Positions 57,098 to 64,000 of a stretch of DNA of 64,000 bases are shown in pieces. The position numbers and the translations under genes are program-made. Every line of letters starts with the position of its first letter. The first letter of the stretch is position 1. This stretch comes from Eledone cirrhosa (taxonomy: Eukaryota): positions 23,002,001 through 23,066,000 of the forward strand of contig OZ024742.1 of NCBI GenBank assembly GCA_964016885.1. Reading direction: 5' to 3'. A model generated the notes under the pieces. It did not search any database, had not been told where the DNA came from, and saw nothing but the letters and a program-made list of their open reading frames with translations.

Positions 57098-58594
57098 CAT
57101 ACATACATACATACATACATACATTCATACATACATGCATACGTATATATATATATGTATATATATCATTTATTAAGTACATACACGGAACAAAAGCGCT
57201 TATAAATATATATCTTATCTATCCCTCTATCAACTGACTCACTCTCTCTCTTCCCTTCTCTATTTATCTCTCTCCCTCTCTCTCTCTCTATCTCTATATA
57301 TACACAAACACACGCACACATTATATATATATATACATAAAATAATTATATAATTACAAATAAAAGAGTCACCTCCACTGACTGTGTTATCAAACGTCAG
57401 GAAATGTTACCCGCCCCACGTTCATTTATGTCACCTCAATTTAGATATTTAAATAATGAAAATGAAATTACTGACTTTCCGTATCTTAACCGTTATTTGT
57501 GTCAATGTATTATAATACCTGCAAGAGGAATTAATAAATCACAACAACGTCCTGTTAGTTACACATGAAATATTACTTAACATATTATTATCCCTAGGAA
57601 ATCTGGAATATTTTACTCCGAGTAAATCAGGATAGCGTCACATTCCAATAGATGACCATGATACATGAAGCTATCTGCTCAATGTTTAGGCTAAGATAGA
57701 TTAACATAGGAGATTATAGAGAATCGAGATAAGTTTACTCCAACCTAACTGCTGTTAATTCTAGTTGAATCCATGCACGATCATTGACATGTTTCAGAAG
57801 TCGATAAAATATATACGTTCGTTTTCTATAACGACTAAGCTTGCCTATAGTGTTTGTACCTCTCCATTTCTATTTTCTTTTGTTGCTTGTTTTTCTCTTC
57901 TTTTCATTTCCTTGTTTCTGTTCTCTATAATAATGTGTTTTGTCATGTATAAAAATCTTTGTAAAATAAAATATTTCGGAATAACCTGTCTTATATGAAA
58001 AAAGTAACCACAGGAAATCAAAGATTGGGAAAATACAAAGAAATATCTTTGATTTGTAGGCGATACTTATCACGCACAAATAGATAACTACACTTCTCAT
58101 AAACAGGAATTAAGTATTAAAATAGATAGAGTGTTTAAGGGTAATAAAAAGCAAAATGTTGCGTATAAGTTGTATGTATGTACAGACCCATAACACGTAA
58201 GAGAGTCGTAGTCGTTGGAAAGCCGTATGGCGTTTCTTAGTCACTTTATAAACCTAGCGGAGCCCCTATCCTCTCCAGGTCCAAATACAGCAGAATTCAA
58301 CCTGAGAAATATAGAGAGTGAGGAAATGGAGGTGAGAGAGATCTAGAGGAAGAATCATCTCCAGTACTAGCCTGGTACTTTTTTTATCAACCTTCAAAGG
58401 ATGAAAGGGAAAGTTGACTTCGGCGGGATTTGAGTTAAGAGAGCAGTGAGCTAAATACCTCAAAGCATTTTATATATATATGTATGAATGTATGTATATA
58501 TGTATGAATGTATATATGTATGTATGCATGTATTAATGCATGTATGTATGTAATATCTATGTATGTGTTTTTAATGAATATATATGTACATACC

Positions 58595-58707
<113 letters not shown>

Positions 58708-59862
58708 ACATTAATTCTTTGTACAACAAAAGAGATTAGCAAAGACCTCAATTGCTATGACAAAATCGCTATTGTCTGATTGTTGCCTATGATGTCTATT
58801 TATGTATGACCACCACTGTCTGATGTGCGGAGCACTAAACCAACTACGTTTTATCGGATATTTGAAAGAAAGTGTATGTTGAGGGCTGCAATGAGGCAGG
58901 CCTTTAATTAAGCGACTCAGTCCTTTGGATGCCATGAGTATTTGTTGAGGACAGATTCCGAGTGAAGATTTGGCTTCCCATTTGAAGCGAAATTGAAGGA
59001 TTTTTTGTTTCCCCAGCATGCCTTGTCCTGGGTTCCTTCCCCGCGTTTGGTCTCTTGGATATGTACCATAGCCTTGGATCAGACTCAATCCATGCTTTGT
59101 GAGTGAAACAGAGAGCCCGTCGAATAAATGGTACCTATAATTCAAAGAGCCAGTCTTGTCGCTCGCTCTATCGTATGACATTGAATCTCTCTGAAAAATA
59201 CGTTAAGCGTACTCGTGCCTGTGTCATGCTCAGACAGACACATAAATGTAAATTTGATGAGCAAGTAATTAGTTCTATTGAACAAATAAAAACTATCCAC
59301 AGATCGTTGAAACCGATGGCGATCCATCCCATATGTTTAGCGGGAGAAATTGCGAGTGATGATGAAACTAAATATCTGAAGCGACATTAAGGAATATACT
59401 CGATTGTATTTCATGATTATAGGGTAGTGTGATAATATCTTCTTGATATGTGAATTGGCAGATACTTTCCATTAACCATTGGCTATAGTTATCAATACAA
59501 ATGTGAAACTACATGACGACTATTGTCAATATTTGTATGGCAGAATTAACTAACAACTGAAGTATGCATCAGATAAGTAAACGGCAATTGTAATATATTC
59601 TCCAATTAAGTTCTATAAAATCGTTCCCCATCAATTATATTTATTAACGCTAGTCATTGCATTACAATAGTTAAATATCAATAGTTCATCAAACTATTAT
59701 AGCTTATTATTCTCTAGTCAACTTACACAATTGATAATTGTCTTTATGTTAAATATATTATTAATATTAGATACGCTAATTGTGTTTCAATTCAAATTAT
59801 TGATTCACTTTTATATTTTTCTTACGTTTATAAAAGTAATTAGCTGAGTAGAGATAATTTAG

Positions 59863-60475
59863 TTCTTCTTCTTCTTCTTCTTGAGAGGGTCGTGGGCGCA
59901 GAATCCTTAAACACTCCTTCCAAAGAGTCCTGTAAGAAGCAAGCCATCTCCAATTTACCCGGCTGGATCCTCAAGCGAGACCAGCCAAACTCATGTATGT
60001 TATCCAATCATCTTGCTCGTGGTCTTCCTATACGTCTCCTTTCGGTTAGTTTTGCCCGTAAAATCTGTCCACCGATTCTTTCCCGAGACCTTCAAACCTC
60101 ATGCCTATAGTATCTGAGCTGTGATTTCTCAATTTGGAGAAAAAAGCGGCTCTATCCGGTGTGACTCTCTCATCTCCGAGCTACACACTCTATCGAGTAA
60201 CGTTACTCCAAAGGCCCTTCGGAAGAACCCCATTTCGACCGCTTATATTCGCGATCGTATTCTTTCGGTCGTTACTCAAGATTCATGACCATAGGTAAGG
60301 ATTTGAACGAATACCGAATTGAAGATAGCGAGTTTGATTTTTACACCTATCTCCCTTCTTCTGATGACCAAATGCTGAAGCTAGCGCATTACTGCACCAG
60401 CTCCTTCTATTCTTGCACTTAATTCAGCCTCCTGCATTCCACCCGTCATTAACATGACCCCAAAACACGTGAACT
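59863..60475 (-). pseudogene. RTE-clade LINE 3' fragment (Rex3/Expander-like) with a (GAA)n tail
   Basis: Hand translation KIKLAIFNSVFVQILTYGHES*VTTERIRSRI*AVEMGFFRRAFGVTLLDRV...IEKSQLRYY...RRIGRPRAR*. Confidence 0.88.
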
Positions 60476-60773
60476 AATTTCGACAGATAGAATGTTTTTT
60501 CTATGTAGATATCTTAGATTTCGCTATTCACAAACATACACCAGGGCTGTTTGTGAAATTATATTTCTGACACCAATGTAAGGAACGAACCCTTGGACTT
60601 GCTAGAAATAGTAGTGAACCAGTTCCGAAACATATCCTACAGATATAAAAGAGTGTGAACCTACTTTTGTCATTGTGGATAAACTTGTGCTTGTTCAGTA
60701 TACATACACAGAACATTTCCTCCACAGGCACATAAATAGACATAGACACGCATACACGAAATATATACATACA

Positions 60774-60817
<44 letters not shown>

Positions 60818-62744
60818 TGTATGTGTGCGTATACATATATATATATATATACATATATGAACATATGTATACATTTATATATGCATGTATATATACATAT
60901 ATGTGTATGAGTGTGTGTACGCACATCTACTCCACGTAAAGTAATATGTAAACAAAGAAAAGAAACAAAAACGAATGTATCACAAGTGTTAGGTATATTT
61001 TCTGATTTCAGGAACGTATTCAACATTCAGTCATCAGGTGCAACGGGTTGAGCAATTACCAATGATAGACGGATTAAAGTTTGAAACTCATGCCAGATAG
61101 ACAAGTCAGGTTTCAGTTTGACATTCAAAGTGAATACAATAACAATAACAAAAAAGTAAAAACTGTACAGATTTTATAAAGACTATCGTGTCCAAATGCA
61201 ATATATAATCTAATGTAATACGTGAATATGAAATATTATAGTGGTAGACAAAGAAAAGAATGATATATAAAGGTGGGATGAAAGCTATTCTGATTCTCAA
61301 TGCCATTGTATGAGAAATGAATGTGATTATAGCAAGTGAATATGATGATGTGTTCGTATTTCATGTAAGGTTTAACTCATACGAGTCTAAATATTTTAAT
61401 TATATTATCATGATGTGTACTCTATTTACCTCCAGTATAGATGAAATAGCTTTCACTTTGATGAACATCACCACCTGCCTTCTTAATATACTGTATATTT
61501 TCTAACATAATCTGCACTCATTCAACTTTGAAGGTTACCTGGTATTTGTTCATTAAAATTGTCTGCTAATGCCCAGTGGTTTTAAGCCATTAAATCAGCG
61601 ATGAAGGAACGAATCTCATTTTGGATATTTTCCATCATTATAACCTTCTACCTTGAAAAGAATGAACGTTCATGGTACAATATGTTTACTATCGCATATT
61701 AGTAACCTTTTACCTGAAAGAGCCTCTATATTGTCTCCCGAGCTTCTAGAAATAACTACAAAATTTCTCTAAAATCACACTATACATTCTTAGAAAAAGG
61801 AAAAAAATGATCTTTAAAAATGTCCAGTATATACAAAAATATGAGATGGTCACGGCTGGAAGACATTTTGTTCATAGAGCCAATCATTCACGGTTGACGA
61901 GTTGGCTAATGACAACGGAGGGATCATCAGTTTTAAGTCTGCTTCTGGCAGTGAGCTGCATGTATGTGTTTTATGATAAGTCGTTAGAATGCCAGATAGA
62001 ATGCTTTGTGGTATTCGTTTCGGCTATCTGCCCTCTCAGTTCAAATCCCAACGAGAGGTCAACCTTACTTTTCAGCTATTCGAGGTCGATAAAAATGTAC
62101 CAGTCAAGTATTGGGACCGATTTTTCCTCTATATATCCTTTTCTCATATCCATTCTCTTACTCTCTATCCTTTTCTGGAAGAAATCTGCTGGATTCAGAC
62201 CTGCTTAGGAAATGGGCTTTGCCAGGTTTAAAAAATGCTCTAGAAACGCAAAATGCCCTATGAATTCCCCAGGAATTATGGGATCGTGTTTGCATAACTG
62301 CCCCAGTATTATGTAATTGACGAGATATATATTTATTTCTTGCACTGAGATTAAATAGTCGTGTAAAAAAACCTCGAAGTGAATAATGTCTTATCCTGAG
62401 TAAGATTTGTCTCATCAAGTATACGAAAAGTAGATATGAGATTCAGGAAAAGAATAACGTATGTTGTTTTATTATATACAAGAGTAGACTGAAAAGTTCA
62501 TAAGTTGACTAGAAAGATGTGGTGGTAGAGTTACATGCATTAATTTCAAATTTTCTTCTTGTTAATAGTTGCATTGTTTCATTTCAGAGACTATGTAAAA
62601 ACATAGCCATAATATTTGATAAGTTGATAATAAAAACTGTTTCTGTCAGAAAGAACTACAATAATTTGGCCATTGTGTTCACGTGCCTGTTTTACGAGAA
62701 AGACATATATTGCATTTGAAGCTTCCAATCAAATAGATAGTATA

Positions 62745-62952
62745 CGAGGGAGTATTGAATAGTTCTTGACTTGATAGCTGCTACAGAGACCTGGTTGGAG
62801 GCTCAACATTCCGACATATTTTTACAAGGTTTAGGAAAGCTGTGCGATAACTGTGTGAATCTTAGAAGGGAATATGTTGAATAAAATGATAATTAACTGA
62901 TTCTCATGTACTTTCTTTTACACAAAGCCAAGACATTTTCAGCAACTCCTTG
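62745..62952 (+). mobile_element. Non-autonomous Tc1/mariner element
   Basis: TA|CGAGGGAGTATTGAATAGTTC ... TTTTCAGCAACTCCTTG|TA imperfect TIRs with a TA duplication. The internal CVNLRREYVE* resembles the mariner transposase C-terminus. Confidence 0.7.
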
Positions 62953-63441
62953 TACGTTACCAGAACTTTGACATGGAGTTTAATTCCAAAACATGAATGC
63001 AAAACAAACTTCTTGGAAAATGATAAACGTCGCAGAAAATAAACAATATATAATATATACCGCAGTAACAAGTTGGTTTGAAGACGTCTTGAAATCAATT
63101 TTGAGTGGAAAGTAATTATAGAGAATATTTAATTAATCTGAAGCTTTCTCTCGAATACTTTTGTCAAGAACTCGAGTAAAATATTGGAATATTGGGGGAA
63201 ACAAATCAACAAATAATAATAGAATTCAAAAACACAGTAATAACAGCATAAATAATTCTTAAATACAAATTCGTCGTGTTAATATTTAATTTCCCTGGAG
63301 GCCAATAAAAATATCGTTTTATAGCAAAAGGAAACAAAAAACACAATACAAAAATGATACAATATGAATAGAATACAAATGAAAAGATAGAAAGGTTGAT
63401 TTAGGAAAATAGACAGCTAGCTAAAAAGGTAGATACATAGA

Positions 63442-63497
<56 letters not shown>

Positions 63498-63500
63498 TAA

Positions 63501-63588
<88 letters not shown>

Positions 63589-64000
63589 TGAGAGAGGGGG
63601 AGCAAGAGAATAAGTGTGATAAAGAGTGCTTAGGCAAACGCTACATAATAAATTATAGTTTTGTAAGAACTGTTGTCACTTGAGATATGGCTGGTGCTCT
63701 GGTCATTCTTTTACAATCCAATTTGCTAAAATGTTGTTTAAAATAATGTTTGGTCGCTGACTAATAAAAAAAATGTATGTCGACGCCATTAAAATATTGT
63801 TTTCTCAATGAGAAAAAACAATAAAGGGAAAACAATAGTATTTCTTATGAACAATTTGCAAGTTCAAATACCAAATTATATAGGATATTCTTGTTTGATG
63901 CAAAGCATTAACCCTTGAAATAAACTTTAGTTTCTCAAATATATGTTTATAAATTATTCATGAGAAATCATATTGCAAAGAAGCATGTCAACTACAGTAT

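Noticed and set aside
58711-59390. Possible highly decayed Penelope RT fragment next to (TA)n
   Set aside because: Only vague motif echoes are visible, with no intact catalytic motif.

Overview
AT-rich, microsatellite-saturated eukaryotic DNA, almost certainly non-coding animal sequence. The SINE families and the (TA)n density resemble octopod cephalopods (inference). I can support no host protein-coding gene, and nearly all short ORFs in the track are translations of (TA)n, (CA)n or (TC)n runs. The window holds two separate sets of retroelements, each tied to a different microsatellite. (1) (AAT)n set, about 24.5-43.6 kb: three apparently full-length but frameshifted Tx1-clade non-LTR retrotransposons (two families) sit head-to-tail on the minus strand, each joined to the next by an (AAT)n run. 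They are followed by a 5'-truncated R4/Dong-like end and a tandem stack of tRNA/Deu(Nin)-core SINEs. The SINE 3' tail aligns with the Tx1 3' tail, which points to a microsatellite-targeting Tx1 LINE-SINE partnership and is the best candidate for an undescribed system. (2) (TA)n set: Penelope-like (probably Naiad-type) GIY-YIG remnants and many pLTR fragments. These carry six canonical-core hammerhead ribozymes, a CAGAAGA-core variant, and hammerheads converted into near-perfect palindromes. Several share a TATA/Inr/splice-donor layout and a TTGAGTRC motif 30-60 nt before the (TA)n junction. Also present are an RTE 3' fragment, an RLE fragment, mariner and hAT MITEs and a possible Helitron. All coordinates were read by eye.
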